From: Nanobdellota archaeon
GTDB taxonomy: Archaea > Nanobdellota > Nanobdellia > Woesearchaeales > UBA583
Direction: 5' to 3'
Assembly (NCBI GenBank): GCA_022565615.1
Contig: JAIUMM010000004.1
Coordinates: forward strand, 622-64,621
Length of the DNA stretch: 64,000 nucleotides
Under the pieces are notes generated by a model. It saw only the letters and a list, made by a program, of their open reading frames with translations, was not told the origin of the DNA and did no database searches. The position numbers were made by a program, and so were the translations under genes. Positions 8,301 through 18,377 of this stretch are shown here, piece after piece (within the stretch, counting starts at the first letter, position 1; each line of letters opens with the position of its first letter).

Positions 8301-11300
8301 TTATGATACAATAATTGTAACTATTGCTCCAAGGGTCCTAATAAACCTCATTCTAATCGAATTTGAACTTCCAACATTATCTCTTGCTTCAACTTCAAAT
8401 TCACCACTTAATCCTAAATTTAAATAATCTTCTTGACTTAAAGTAATCTCAAGAGTCGGATATGTTACTGTTTTCACCAATTCACCATTCATATATAGTC
8501 TATAAGAACCAACAACTTCTGGTTCAAGAGTAAATACTAAATTTCCTGATGAAAAACTATAAGGTTCATTATTTGTAATTAAATTACTTCTTTGGGTATC
8601 AATTCTTAGTTTTAAAGATTCAGGATCATCAATTGTCTTATTTAATGTTATTTTATCAAAGTTAATCAATATTCTCTTTGACTCTTCATTTACTCCATCA
8701 CTAACCATACAATTAATATTACCTGAAATAGATTCATTTGAAATTCTACTTACTTGTAATTTTCCTTCTAAATTCAAAGTTTGAGGTAAGGCAGGTGAAA
8801 TTTTTATTCTAGAATTTAATGATTCACAAACTACTCTATTTGTAACATCAACACCTTCTATACTTTGTGCATTAATATAAAATGTAGCACCCGAAGATTG
8901 ACCTAAATTTTGAACTTCACCAGGAAAATTTACAAATAAACTAGACATTATATCACCTCTAGTCTCATCAAATAAAACTTCAAATGATTTTGAAATTCCT
9001 CTCACATTACAAGTTACCACTGATCTAATTGAATCATTAGAGAGTCTTTGAATATTTAATTGTGAAGTTGAACCTAAATGACTTGCTTCTAAAGAAATAC
9101 TACTTGAAGAACTTTGACAAATAATTTCATTACTAATTGGAACTGAATTTTCAAATGCACTAATTTCTTGAGTCGTATAAACACTAGTTCCTAAATCTAA
9201 TTTATTTGGAACTCTTAGAGTAATAATTGACATCATATCAATTTCTAAAAACTCAAGTGGAATAATAATTGAATCTGATTGTGAAGAAGATGAACAAATT
9301 ATTGAACCTTTAAGGGCCTCATTAGTAGTTCTTGTAACAATTAACTCTGAATTTTCAATATCAATTCTACTTAAAACTAAATCTTGAATTGAACTTGAAG
9401 GACTACAACTAATTTCTTGTAGAACATTTTGAGTCCCTCTAAATGCACTTATTTGAGTTTTAACTGAATAGGTTTGAGAAATTAACGAAGTTGGACTAAC
9501 TTCAATTAAAACTGGGTTTATAGGTGTTGGATTTGAATTTTCAAAGAAAATATCTATATTTTTAATTTGTAAATTCTCTCCTCCTAAATCCGATATGGAA
9601 CATCTCAGAGAACTTTCAATTAATTCAGTAGTTAATCTTGTAATAATTAACCTATTTGATGAGGGACTAATCTCATGTCTATACAATGATGAATCTGAAG
9701 TAGTACATACAATATTATTAGTTACATCTGTAACTTCATTTAATAAAGCTCTAATCTCTCCAATAACTTGAGAATTCATTCCACCAAATAAAGGAGATTG
9801 AGCAGTTATTGATAAAGAAGAAGTTGACTCTTGCTCAATTTTATCAAAAGAAATTTGAACATATTTAACTTCCATAAATCCATTATCACTAATACTACAT
9901 CTAACTACTGAATGAATTGAATCTTCACTATCTCTTTGAATTATTAATGGAGAATTCTCTGAGACTACTCTTACTTTACTATTTGAATCCGTAATTTGAC
10001 AAGAAACACTTGATGTTAAATTAGTTCCATCACTATTTGAAGCACTAATTAAAGACTGAACTCTATCCCCATCACCTCCTGATAAAAATGTTGGAACTTC
10101 TAAAAATAGTTCATAACTGGAATCATACTCATTTATTCTATCAAATGTAACTAGTATTGATGAAGAATTTGTTAAACCACCAACTGAGACTCCACAATTA
10201 ACAACAGAATTAATTTCTGAATTTGACTGTCTTTGAACCATTACATTATTATTAGTATTAATTACCCTAATATTATTATTAGTTGAAGTACAAGATACTA
10301 AATGAGACACTAAATTATCATTGTATACTGCTGAAATTTCACCAATAATTTCTTGATTTTTAGCTCCAGATAGCATTAAAGGAGTATTTAAATGTAAGTG
10401 ATTCATAGGAATAAGATTCTCTAAAAAGTTTACACTTAATGTTTTAATATCTCTTCCTGTCGGAGTATGAGAACATATAATCACACCATTTTCAACTTTT
10501 TCACCATTATTTCTTGAAATTATAAGAGAAGAATCAACTAAATCCACATTTAAACGTGTTCTAAATTCATCTGAAACTCTACAACTAACTTCATCTAATA
10601 CATTTACAGAACCTCTAGTTGCAGTTATCTTAGTTGAAATTAACATCTCATTTGTATTCAATGTAGATGGATTAAAATTTATTCTAACAGGATTTTCTCC
10701 CTGCTGTGCATCAAATAAAACTCTAATAGATACTGATTTAGTTTCACTACCATCAATTTTTGAAAGACTACATTCTAAATTACTATTAATTATACTAGGT
10801 ACATTTCTTGTAATCTCAATGGTATTAGTAGTTCCATCAATAGTATAATCATATAACGAACTATCTACATTATTACACGTAATTGTTGAAGTTAAAATTA
10901 AATCTCCATCAAGTCTACCTTCAATAGATCCAATTACTTTTGAATTTTCTCTTCCATTTAGAGGAGATTGAGCATAAATTGATAACTCTCCTTCTCTTGA
11001 TTCAATTCTTTCAAACATTATTTGAATAAATCTCTCAACTCTTAAACCATTATTTGAAACACTACATTGAATAAATGTATCAATTGAGCCTGAATGTAAT
11101 CTCTCTACAATCAAAGGAGAATTTGATTGACTAACATGAATATTTTCACTCAAAGACATTCTCTGACAAATAATTGAATTTGTTAAATCATTACCTTGAC
11201 TATCAGATGCTCCCACTAAATCTTGGACTTTCTGAGACTCTGCACCATTCAAATAATTTGGGACATCTAAATATAACTCATAAGAAGGAGTAAATGAATC

Positions 11301-14300
11301 AAGTAAATCAAATAACACAATTGTCTTAGATTCTTTTTCATAACCATCTCTACTCAAAGAACAAGTAACCTCTGAGACCAATGAGTTATTATTTCCTCTC
11401 TGAGCAATTAACTTGCCTCCTTCAACTCTTACTAAAACTTGAGGATTACTTGAACTACAAGCAATTTGTGAACTTATATCAATCATATTATAAACTCCTG
11501 TAACTTTTCCTAAAACTTGTTGATTCTGTGCCCCTGATAAGATAGAAGGTGTTTGTAAAACAAGTGATTGAGGATTATAAATTCTATCAAATGAAATACT
11601 AATTGTATTATTTCTAGAATTTCCATTTAAAGAATCAATTACACTACAATGAACAGATGTAGATATTGAGGAATTAACTACTCTATCAATTCTAAGTTCA
11701 CCATTATTTAATACTACATCAATATCTAAAGAACTAGAAACACATACTATAGAATTTGTTAAATTTTGACCTCTATAATTTTTTGCACTAATTCCAACTG
11801 GTCCAATTGATTCAACATCACCTCCACTTAAAAGAGTAGGTGTATTTAAAATAAGTAATTCATCTTCTGAAATCTCTCTAAAATATCCACTAATTACACT
11901 TGAAGCTGAAATACTTTGATAAGACACATCACAATCCAAATTAACAACAACTGAATTAGTTGTACTTCTTGAAATTTCTAAGACACCATTATTTAATAAA
12001 AAATTAAAATTCTCAACCTCATCAAACCTATTACAACTAATTAAATGAGATATATTATTTACTACTGGATCTCCTGTTCCTGTATTTGAAATATAAAATG
12101 CTTCTACATTTAAATCATATCTCATTGAAGTTCCAAAATCAATAATTCCTTTTGGAAATCTTAACTGAATAGTATTATATGCAATTATAACTTCTTCTCC
12201 TCCTGAATCATAAAATCTTGGAACTAAGTCTCTTCCAACATAATTACTTCTATCTAATTCACACACAAAAAATCTCTCTTCAACATTACAATTAACTCCA
12301 TTCATAGTAACAATTGCAATCTCTTCATTCCCTAAAACTCTTCCTTGTACAACAACTTTTTGTTGATTAGGACTTACATATTGTTTTAAACCTCTATAAA
12401 AAATTTCTCCTCCATCAGGATTTTGAATTGTTGGATAATTACTAAATGAAAATTTTTGATTAATTGGTGTATTTAAACTAATACTATCTCTATTTGAAGA
12501 ATCATAAATTGAAATAGTACTTCTACTTAAACCTTCTAAATATAGAGGACTTAAATGAACATTTGTATTAGCTAACGTCCCAGTTAAACCAGAATTATCC
12601 TTATTATTAAATATCGAATCAAAGAAATGATAATTTCTATTTGAAATTAATTTAAAAGTAGAATATAAATTTGAACTTCCAACTCTATCAATTCTAACAT
12701 TTGTGTTTGAATTAGATGTTACTTGAAATGTATAAGAATTGCCAGATAAATCTAAATAATTAACATTAGCACTATTTCTATCATTTAAATTAATAAATGC
12801 ATAATTACCATTTACTCTTAAATTAACTCCACTTGGAACACTTAGCGTTGAATAATCAACATAATTTGATAACAACTCCACAATAACTAAATTATCTAAA
12901 TCTACATTTTTAGCAATAACTCTATGGGTCTTTGAAGAATCTGTTATTTTTTCAATAGGATAAATTTCATATTTAAATTCAGGTTGTAATGCAATACTTG
13001 GATTGTCAAATGAATCATATAAATTAAAGTTCAATTCTAACTGAGTTAAATTATTTAAGTTTTTAACATCTAATTCTAAAATTAATTCATTATTTGAGTT
13101 AATTGTATAAGATTCTATTAATATATTATCAAGTTTTAAAACTCCTGTTGAAATTGGTAAATTCTCACCCATTGGATTTTTATTAGTAAATTTAAATCTT
13201 AATGTAGAAGTATCTGAGCTAACATAAACTCTATTTCCAATTTTTTTCCCACCACTTAAAACTTCAACATTTAAATTTGGAGATGATAAAGTTCCTTGAA
13301 TTAATTCAATATTTTTTGAAACAGAAGAACTTCTTCCTTCAATATCTCTAATAGATGCTACAATTCTAGGATTACTTTGAACAACATGAGGAACATTAAA
13401 TTCTAAGTAAGACACCCTATTATTTAATGAAACTCTAGTTGCATCTTCATACGAGTATGAACTCCCTCCTACTTCTAAAATAAATGAATTTAAATCTACT
13501 CTTGTATCATCTTTTAATAAGATTCCAATTTTTGAATCTCTAAAAAGAATTTCTGATGCTAAAATTTCAATTTCAGGAGCTTCATTATCTAGTAAAATAT
13601 ATTGACTCTCATACACACCTGGGAGCATTAATTCAATTAAAAATAAATTTCTATCTAAATTAGTAACCGTAGGTTCTAAATTAACTCTTTGGGTCTCTTC
13701 TCCTTGAACAATTAATTTTGAAACTAATTTTTCATTTGTCAGTGTGTTAATATCTAAAGTTTTAAGTTGACTTTTATCAGAAAAACTCAATAAAGTTTGT
13801 GGATTTGCATGAGAATAAATAGTATTAAAATTTCTACAAACTTGATTAGTTCCAACAACACATAAATTATCTTCCCCTTCATTTAAAAGAACATAAGTTT
13901 GAAACACACCATCAACTACAGGAATGGGAACACCTTGTATAAATACAACATTTCCTTCAGTTGCAGTTCCGGAAATATGATAATGAGGAGTAAAAGTAGT
14001 TATTCTAGAAGGAGTTTGAGAAGTTAGAGGATTATCTGAAATAAAGTTTACAGATCCGACTCTTGCTACATTTACAAAAGAAAAAGCATTATCTTGAATC
14101 TCTTGAGAATAAAAAATATATTTAAATTTTGAAGAATCCATATTTGAACCACTCCTTGAGATTCTATGAATTAATTCAATTCTATTTACTTGAGATTTTT
14201 GAAGTGATATACTAAAACTCCCATCTGAAGAAACCATAACTGAATTTTTAACACCATTTACAAAAGCAACAACCTCTCCTTCTAGAATTGGGTTATTAAT

Positions 14301-14738
14301 AAAACCTTCAATTACAAATCTTTGAGAGTTTGATTCATCTTCTTCAATAGAAGTTACTACAGGTGGAAGAGGAATTGAATTATCATATAAAATATTATAG
14401 TTTTTTGAAAGTGTTGAAATTCCATCTTCTAAAACAACATTCAAATTTAATTTATATACACCAAACTCATCAAATACTCTTTTTTGAAAAAATATAGCTT
14501 CCATAGAAGATGAAGATTCTTCAAGAAACTCTAATTTAGAAGATTCTCCACTTGGAAATTGAATTGAGGCAGAAATTTCTTGATACTCAGAAATTTGTGA
14601 AATATCAATTGAAATAATATTTGAACCTTGACTTGTAATAAAATCACAAGAACTATGATCTTCCATATATACACAACCATACGAAGTTGTGAATAATGCT
14701 AAAATAATTACTAATACACCAATTAATTTATAATTCAT
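8301..14738 (-). CDS. Giant secreted/surface protein (2145 aa) with about 12 tandem Cys-pair Ig-like domains
   Basis: ORF track. N-terminal signal MNYKLIGVLVIILALFTTSYGC. The N-terminal roughly 860 aa are beta-rich and non-repetitive. A tandem array of roughly 95-aa domains follows, then a roughly 120-aa C-terminal module ending in the short hydrophobic TLGAIVTIIVS. Confidence 0.8.
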   Translation of the reverse strand: MNYKLIGVLVIILALFTTSYGCVYMEDHSSCDFITSQGSNIISIDISQISEYQEISASIQFPSGESSKLEFLEESSSSMEAIFFQKRVFDEFGVYKLNLNVVLEDGISTLSKNYNILYDNSIPLPPVVTSIEEDESNSQRFVIEGFINNPILEGEVVAFVNGVKNSVMVSSDGSFSISLQKSQVNRIELIHRISRSGSNMDSSKFKYIFYSQEIQDNAFSFVNVARVGSVNFISDNPLTSQTPSRITTFTPHYHISGTATEGNVVFIQGVPIPVVDGVFQTYVLLNEGEDNLCVVGTNQVCRNFNTIYSHANPQTLLSFSDKSQLKTLDINTLTNEKLVSKLIVQGEETQRVNLEPTVTNLDRNLFLIELMLPGVYESQYILLDNEAPEIEILASEILFRDSKIGILLKDDTRVDLNSFILEVGGSSYSYEDATRVSLNNRVSYLEFNVPHVVQSNPRIVASIRDIEGRSSSVSKNIELIQGTLSSPNLNVEVLSGGKKIGNRVYVSSDTSTLRFKFTNKNPMGENLPISTGVLKLDNILIESYTINSNNELILELDVKNLNNLTQLELNFNLYDSFDNPSIALQPEFKYEIYPIEKITDSSKTHRVIAKNVDLDNLVIVELLSNYVDYSTLSVPSGVNLRVNGNYAFINLNDRNSANVNYLDLSGNSYTFQVTSNSNTNVRIDRVGSSNLYSTFKLISNRNYHFFDSIFNNKDNSGLTGTLANTNVHLSPLYLEGLSRSTISIYDSSNRDSISLNTPINQKFSFSNYPTIQNPDGGEIFYRGLKQYVSPNQQKVVVQGRVLGNEEIAIVTMNGVNCNVEERFFVCELDRSNYVGRDLVPRFYDSGGEEVIIAYNTIQLRFPKGIIDFGTSMRYDLNVEAFYISNTGTGDPVVNNISHLISCNRFDEVENFNFLLNNGVLEISRSTTNSVVVNLDCDVSYQSISASSVISGYFREISEDELLILNTPTLLSGGDVESIGPVGISAKNYRGQNLTNSIVCVSSSLDIDVVLNNGELRIDRVVNSSISTSVHCSVIDSLNGNSRNNTISISFDRIYNPQSLVLQTPSILSGAQNQQVLGKVTGVYNMIDISSQIACSSSNPQVLVRVEGGKLIAQRGNNNSLVSEVTCSLSRDGYEKESKTIVLFDLLDSFTPSYELYLDVPNYLNGAESQKVQDLVGASDSQGNDLTNSIICQRMSLSENIHVSQSNSPLIVERLHSGSIDTFIQCSVSNNGLRVERFIQIMFERIESREGELSIYAQSPLNGRENSKVIGSIEGRLDGDLILTSTITCNNVDSSLYDYTIDGTTNTIEITRNVPSIINSNLECSLSKIDGSETKSVSIRVLFDAQQGENPVRINFNPSTLNTNEMLISTKITATRGSVNVLDEVSCRVSDEFRTRLNVDLVDSSLIISRNNGEKVENGVIICSHTPTGRDIKTLSVNFLENLIPMNHLHLNTPLMLSGAKNQEIIGEISAVYNDNLVSHLVSCTSTNNNIRVINTNNNVMVQRQSNSEINSVVNCGVSVGGLTNSSSILVTFDRINEYDSSYELFLEVPTFLSGGDGDRVQSLISASNSDGTNLTSSVSCQITDSNSKVRVVSENSPLIIQRDSEDSIHSVVRCSISDNGFMEVKYVQISFDKIEQESTSSLSITAQSPLFGGMNSQVIGEIRALLNEVTDVTNNIVCTTSDSSLYRHEISPSSNRLIITRLTTELIESSLRCSISDLGGENLQIKNIDIFFENSNPTPINPVLIEVSPTSLISQTYSVKTQISAFRGTQNVLQEISCSPSSSIQDLVLSRIDIENSELIVTRTTNEALKGSIICSSSSQSDSIIIPLEFLEIDMMSIITLRVPNKLDLGTSVYTTQEISAFENSVPISNEIICQSSSSSISLEASHLGSTSQLNIQRLSNDSIRSVVTCNVRGISKSFEVLFDETRGDIMSSLFVNFPGEVQNLGQSSGATFYINAQSIEGVDVTNRVVCESLNSRIKISPALPQTLNLEGKLQVSRISNESISGNINCMVSDGVNEESKRILINFDKITLNKTIDDPESLKLRIDTQRSNLITNNEPYSFSSGNLVFTLEPEVVGSYRLYMNGELVKTVTYPTLEITLSQEDYLNLGLSGEFEVEARDNVGSSNSIRMRFIRTLGAIVTIIVS
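8660..12180 (-). repeat. Protein-coding tandem array of about 12 domains of about 95 aa; includes a two-copy 4-domain super-repeat (about 1155 nt period, 9240-11560)
   Basis: By-eye alignment. Each unit starts L-x-L/V-x-x-P-x-x-L-x-G and carries two Cys about 40 aa apart (for example TNSIVCVSS...STSVHCSV). Units LVLQTPSILSGAQNQ / ELYLDVPNYLNGAESQ / LSIYAQSPLNGRENS / VRINFNPSTLNTN recur in the same order as LHLNTPLMLSGAKNQ / ELFLEVPTFLSGGDGD / LSITAQSPLFGGMNS / VLIEVSPTSLISQ. Confidence 0.7.
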
Positions 14739-14916
14739 ACCATAAAATTAATTTAAATTATTAAATATATTTATAATTGTAATAAAGTAGTAAAAAATAG
14801 TAAATACTCCTAAAGCAATTAAATAAATAGCAAGATAAGCCAATAAAATATATTTAAAATAAACGAGAGTCAAAAGAACAAGTTTTCATTTTATTCAAAC
14901 TCTTAAAAATATATTC

Positions 14917-14955
14917 AAGCAATGAAATTGCTTAAAAAGAAAAAAAAGAAAAAAG
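14917..14955 (-). terminator. Oligo-T tracts plus 7-bp hairpin immediately after the atpB stop
   Basis: Minus strand after TAA reads TC-TTTTTT-C-TTTTTTTT-C-TTTTT, then AAGCAAT-TTC-ATTGCTT (14933-14917). Oligo-T is the usual archaeal termination signal. Confidence 0.4.
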
Positions 14956-14956
14956 A

Positions 14957-16321
14957 TTAGTAATACTTCTCCTTCAAATCTCCACTGATTTTTGTGAGTT
15001 CTTCTTGAGGAATAAGTCTTAAACACTCCCAAGCAATACTTAAAGTTTGTTCAATACTTCTATTCTCATCCATTCTTTGTTGTAAAAACTTATCTTCAAA
15101 TGCTTTTGCAAAAGCTAATTTTCTTTTATCTCTCTCACTTAACGCTTCTTCTCCTACAATTGCAACTAATCCTCTTAAATCTCTTCCTTCAGCATATAGT
15201 GCAAACATCTGGTCGGCTACTTTTGGATGATCTTCTCTAGTTTTTCCTGCTCCAATTCCTTCTTTCATTAATCTTGAAAGAGAAGGGAGTACATCAATTG
15301 AAGGGTAAATCATTTGTCTGTGTAACTCTCTTCCAAATTGAATTTGTCCCTCTGTAATATATCCAGTTAAATCTGGAATTGGGTGAGTTTTATCATCCCC
15401 AGGCATTGTTAAAATTGGAAGTTGTGTAATTGAACCTTTTTGTCCTCTAATTGCTCCTGCTCTTTCATAAATCTCTGCTAAATCTGTATACATATAACCT
15501 GGATAACCTCTTCTTCCTGGAATTTCTTCTCTTGCTGCACCAATTTCCCTTAAAGCTTCACAATAATTAGTCATATCTGTTAAAATAACTAAAACATGAT
15601 ACCCTTTTTCAAATGCAAAATATTCAGCTGTAGTTAAAGCCATTCTTGGAGTAATAATTCTCTCAACACTAGGGTCATCAGCTTGATTAATAAATAATAC
15701 AGCATTTTGCATAGCTCCACTCTCTTCTAAAGATTTTTGAAATTTATGAGACTCTTCATTAGTAATTCCCATTGCTGCAAACACTACTAAAAACTCTTCA
15801 TCATCACCAAGTACTTTAGCTTGACGTGCAATTTGAAGAGCCAAATCATTATGTGGAAGTCCTGATGCTGAAAAAATTGGTAACTTTTGACCTCTTACTA
15901 ATGTAGCCATTGTATCAATTGCTGAAATTCCCGTTTGAATAAAATTTGAAGGAAACTCTCTTGAATAAGGATTAATTGCTGCTCCATTGATATTTCTTTT
16001 CTCACCTTTAATTATACTTCCACCATCTAAAGGCTGAGCTAATCCATTAAAAATTCTACCTTTCATACTCTCATCTACTTGAAGAGTAATAGGCTCAGAT
16101 AAAAATTTCACACTATCTTGCTTACTTACACCAGCAGTCCCACCAAATAATTGCACTACTACTTGAGTATTTGAAGTCTCTAGCACTTGTCCAAATCTTT
16201 TTTTTCCTTGAACCATTACCTCAACTAATTCACCATAACCAACTGGATGTGTTTTCTCTACAAAAATTAAAGGACCAGCAACTCTACTAATTGTTTTATA
16301 CTCTTTTTTTAAATCAACCAT
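14957..16321 (-). CDS. atpB: A/V-type ATP synthase subunit B
   Basis: Full-length match to the family pattern: [83 protein letters not shown]. Confidence 0.92.
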   Translation of the reverse strand: MVDLKKEYKTISRVAGPLIFVEKTHPVGYGELVEVMVQGKKRFGQVLETSNTQVVVQLFGGTAGVSKQDSVKFLSEPITLQVDESMKGRIFNGLAQPLDGGSIIKGEKRNINGAAINPYSREFPSNFIQTGISAIDTMATLVRGQKLPIFSASGLPHNDLALQIARQAKVLGDDEEFLVVFAAMGITNEESHKFQKSLEESGAMQNAVLFINQADDPSVERIITPRMALTTAEYFAFEKGYHVLVILTDMTNYCEALREIGAAREEIPGRRGYPGYMYTDLAEIYERAGAIRGQKGSITQLPILTMPGDDKTHPIPDLTGYITEGQIQFGRELHRQMIYPSIDVLPSLSRLMKEGIGAGKTREDHPKVADQMFALYAEGRDLRGLVAIVGEEALSERDKRKLAFAKAFEDKFLQQRMDENRSIEQTLSIAWECLRLIPQEELTKISGDLKEKYY

Positions 16322-16438
16322 TTCTATACTTGTTAGAAAAAAGAATTTCTTTATAAAATTTTGGACTAAATTGCAAATTCAAATAATTTTCATACTTTCC
16401 ATCAAATATTTAAATGTTCCATTCCTAATAATATTTAG

Positions 16439-17857
16439 ATGTCTAAAATTGAACAATATTTCCAAGATCTAGACTTGAAAGTTGATAAAGCTTACATAGT
16501 TGCAAGAAAAGCCCGTAAAAAAGGAATTGATGCAATTACTGATATTGAAATGCCTCTTGCTCGTGATATTTCTGAGCGTGTAGAAGGACTTATTTCAGTA
16601 GCTGCTCCTCAACTGCTTGGAAGTGGTGTTGCTAAAAGAATTCAAGATTTAGAAAAAGAATATGGAAAACTAGATTGGAGAGTTGGAATGTGTATTTCTT
16701 ATGAAGTGGCTCGTGGAGATTTTTGTAGTTTTAAAGATAAAAAAGAATCACTAGAAATAGGAGTTCGTGTAGGATTTGCATATTTAACACTTGGAGTTGT
16801 ATCTGCTCCTTTAGAAGGATTTATCGGATTTGAAATTAAAAAAAGAAGAGATGGAGATGAATATTTAGCAATGTCATTTGCAGGTCCAATTAGAGCTGCA
16901 GGAGGAACTGCAGGTGCTGTAGTAGTACTTCTTGGAGACTATGTTCGAAAAAAAATGGGATATAAAGAATATGACCCTGATGAAGTTGAACAAAAACGAT
17001 TTCACGCAGAACTTATGGATTATAATGATAGATGTGTAAGACTTCAATATCTTCCAAGTGAAGAAGAAACTGCATTTTTAATTTCAAAAATTCCAGTAGA
17101 ACTTACAGGTGATCCTACTGAGAAAATTGAAGTTAGTAATTATAAAGATTTACCAAGAATTCCAACAAATAGAATTAGAGGTGGAATGTGTTTAGTTTTA
17201 GGAGAATGTTTAATTCAAAAAGCTCCAAAGGTGAATAAGAGAATTGAAGAATGGGGTGAAGATTTTGGAATGGAGCAGTGGCTATTTTTAAAAGAATTTT
17301 TAGACTTACAAAAAAAAATTAAATCTAAAAATTCAAATGAAACAAATTCTTCAGAAAAAAAGGAAAACAAAGAAGAAGAAAACAAAAAACCCAAAGTCCT
17401 TCCTAATTATAAATTTATGGAAGATACAGTTGCTGGAAGACCAATATTTACATTTCCTATGCATAAAGGAGGATTTAGACTCAGATATGGAAGAGCAAGG
17501 ACATCAGGTTTTGCAAGTACTTCAGTTTCAGCTCAAACAATGGAAATATTAGATGACTTTATTGCAGTTGGAACACAATTAAAAATTGAAAGACCTGGAA
17601 AAGCTACAGTTGTAACTCCTTGTGATAGTATTGAACCACCTATTGTAAGACTTAAGAATGGAAATGTACTCAAATTAAAAACAATTAAACAAGCAAGAGA
17701 GCTTAAAGATCAAGTTGATGAGATTATTCATTTAGGTGATATTTTGATAAGTTATGGAGAATTCTCTGAAAACAATCATATTCTTCTTCCAAATGGTTAT
17801 TGTGAAGAAGAATGGGGGCTTGAATTAATTGAAAAATTAAATAATTTAAAAAATTAA
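16439..17857 (+). CDS. polC: DNA polymerase D (Pol II) large subunit DP2, N-terminal about one third only (472 aa)
   Basis: YFQDLDLKVDKAYIVARKARKKGIDA, VSAPLEGF, FAGPIRAAGGTAGA, LQYLPSEEE, GGFRLRYGRARTSGFAS, GTQLKIERPGKATVVTPCDSIEPPIVRLKNG, LGDILISYGEFSENNHILLPNGYCEEEW all follow the DP2 N-terminal region. The ORF then stops, whereas DP2 is normally more than 1000 aa. Contains a K/E/N low-complexity insert. Confidence 0.85.
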   Translation: MSKIEQYFQDLDLKVDKAYIVARKARKKGIDAITDIEMPLARDISERVEGLISVAAPQLLGSGVAKRIQDLEKEYGKLDWRVGMCISYEVARGDFCSFKDKKESLEIGVRVGFAYLTLGVVSAPLEGFIGFEIKKRRDGDEYLAMSFAGPIRAAGGTAGAVVVLLGDYVRKKMGYKEYDPDEVEQKRFHAELMDYNDRCVRLQYLPSEEETAFLISKIPVELTGDPTEKIEVSNYKDLPRIPTNRIRGGMCLVLGECLIQKAPKVNKRIEEWGEDFGMEQWLFLKEFLDLQKKIKSKNSNETNSSEKKENKEEENKKPKVLPNYKFMEDTVAGRPIFTFPMHKGGFRLRYGRARTSGFASTSVSAQTMEILDDFIAVGTQLKIERPGKATVVTPCDSIEPPIVRLKNGNVLKLKTIKQARELKDQVDEIIHLGDILISYGEFSENNHILLPNGYCEEEWGLELIEKLNNLKN

Positions 17858-17938
17858 ATTTATTTATTTTAAATTTATAATTTCTATTATTTTATAGTTA
17901 TGACACAATAATTTAAATATAATGAGTTTAAAGTTTAT

Positions 17939-18064
17939 ATGACTAAAAATTTACAACAAGAAGAAATTAAACAAAAGCATGGTATGAATGCAGTATTAGT
18001 AACACTTGCAGTAGGTGCTGTAGTAATAGTTCTCTCCTACTTTATGTTCATATTTTATATGTAA
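17939..18064 (+). CDS. Possible 41-aa single-pass membrane peptide
   Basis: Own translation: MTKNLQQEEIKQKHGMNAVLVTLAVGAVVIVLSYFMFIFYM*. Below the track size cutoff; only ORF-plus-TM logic supports it. Confidence 0.25.
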   Translation: MTKNLQQEEIKQKHGMNAVLVTLAVGAVVIVLSYFMFIFYM

Positions 18065-18142
18065 ACTATTTTTATAATAAATTAAATTTTCAAAAAATTA
18101 TTTAATAATAATTATATTTATGAATTAATATATCCTAAATAT

Positions 18143-18318
18143 TTATTCTTCAATTAGCTTTCTCCAATTTTCAGGATCCCCTTTAATTGCACCACATTCA
18201 GGACATGCCCAATCATCAGCAATATCTTCAAACTTAGTTCCAGCATCAATTCCTGAGTCTGAGTCTCCTTCTACTTCATCATAAATGTATCCACAAATTA
18301 AACATTCCCACTTAGCCA
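18143..18318 (-). pseudogene. Rubredoxin with an apparent 1-nt deletion inside the first CxxC knuckle
   Basis: Own translation. ATG 18316-18318 gives MAKWEC then TAA. The frame shifted by one nt continues (M)[52 protein letters not shown]. Joined, this is the rubredoxin signature WxCxxCGYIYD...DDWxCPxCG. Only 5 nt (TAATT) lie between the two Cys codons where 6 are needed. Confidence 0.6.
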
Positions 18319-18377
18319 TGTAAATTATTGATAAATTAAATATTTTTTAAATATTTGTTACTCAAAATAATAAAAAT

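Noticed and set aside
17337-17552. 71-aa same-strand alternative-frame ORF inside DP2, and likewise 43467-43697 inside the MutS-like gene.
   Set aside because: They are fully nested in conserved coding sequence in another frame, with K-rich or nonsense-like composition. There is no evidence for overlapping genes.
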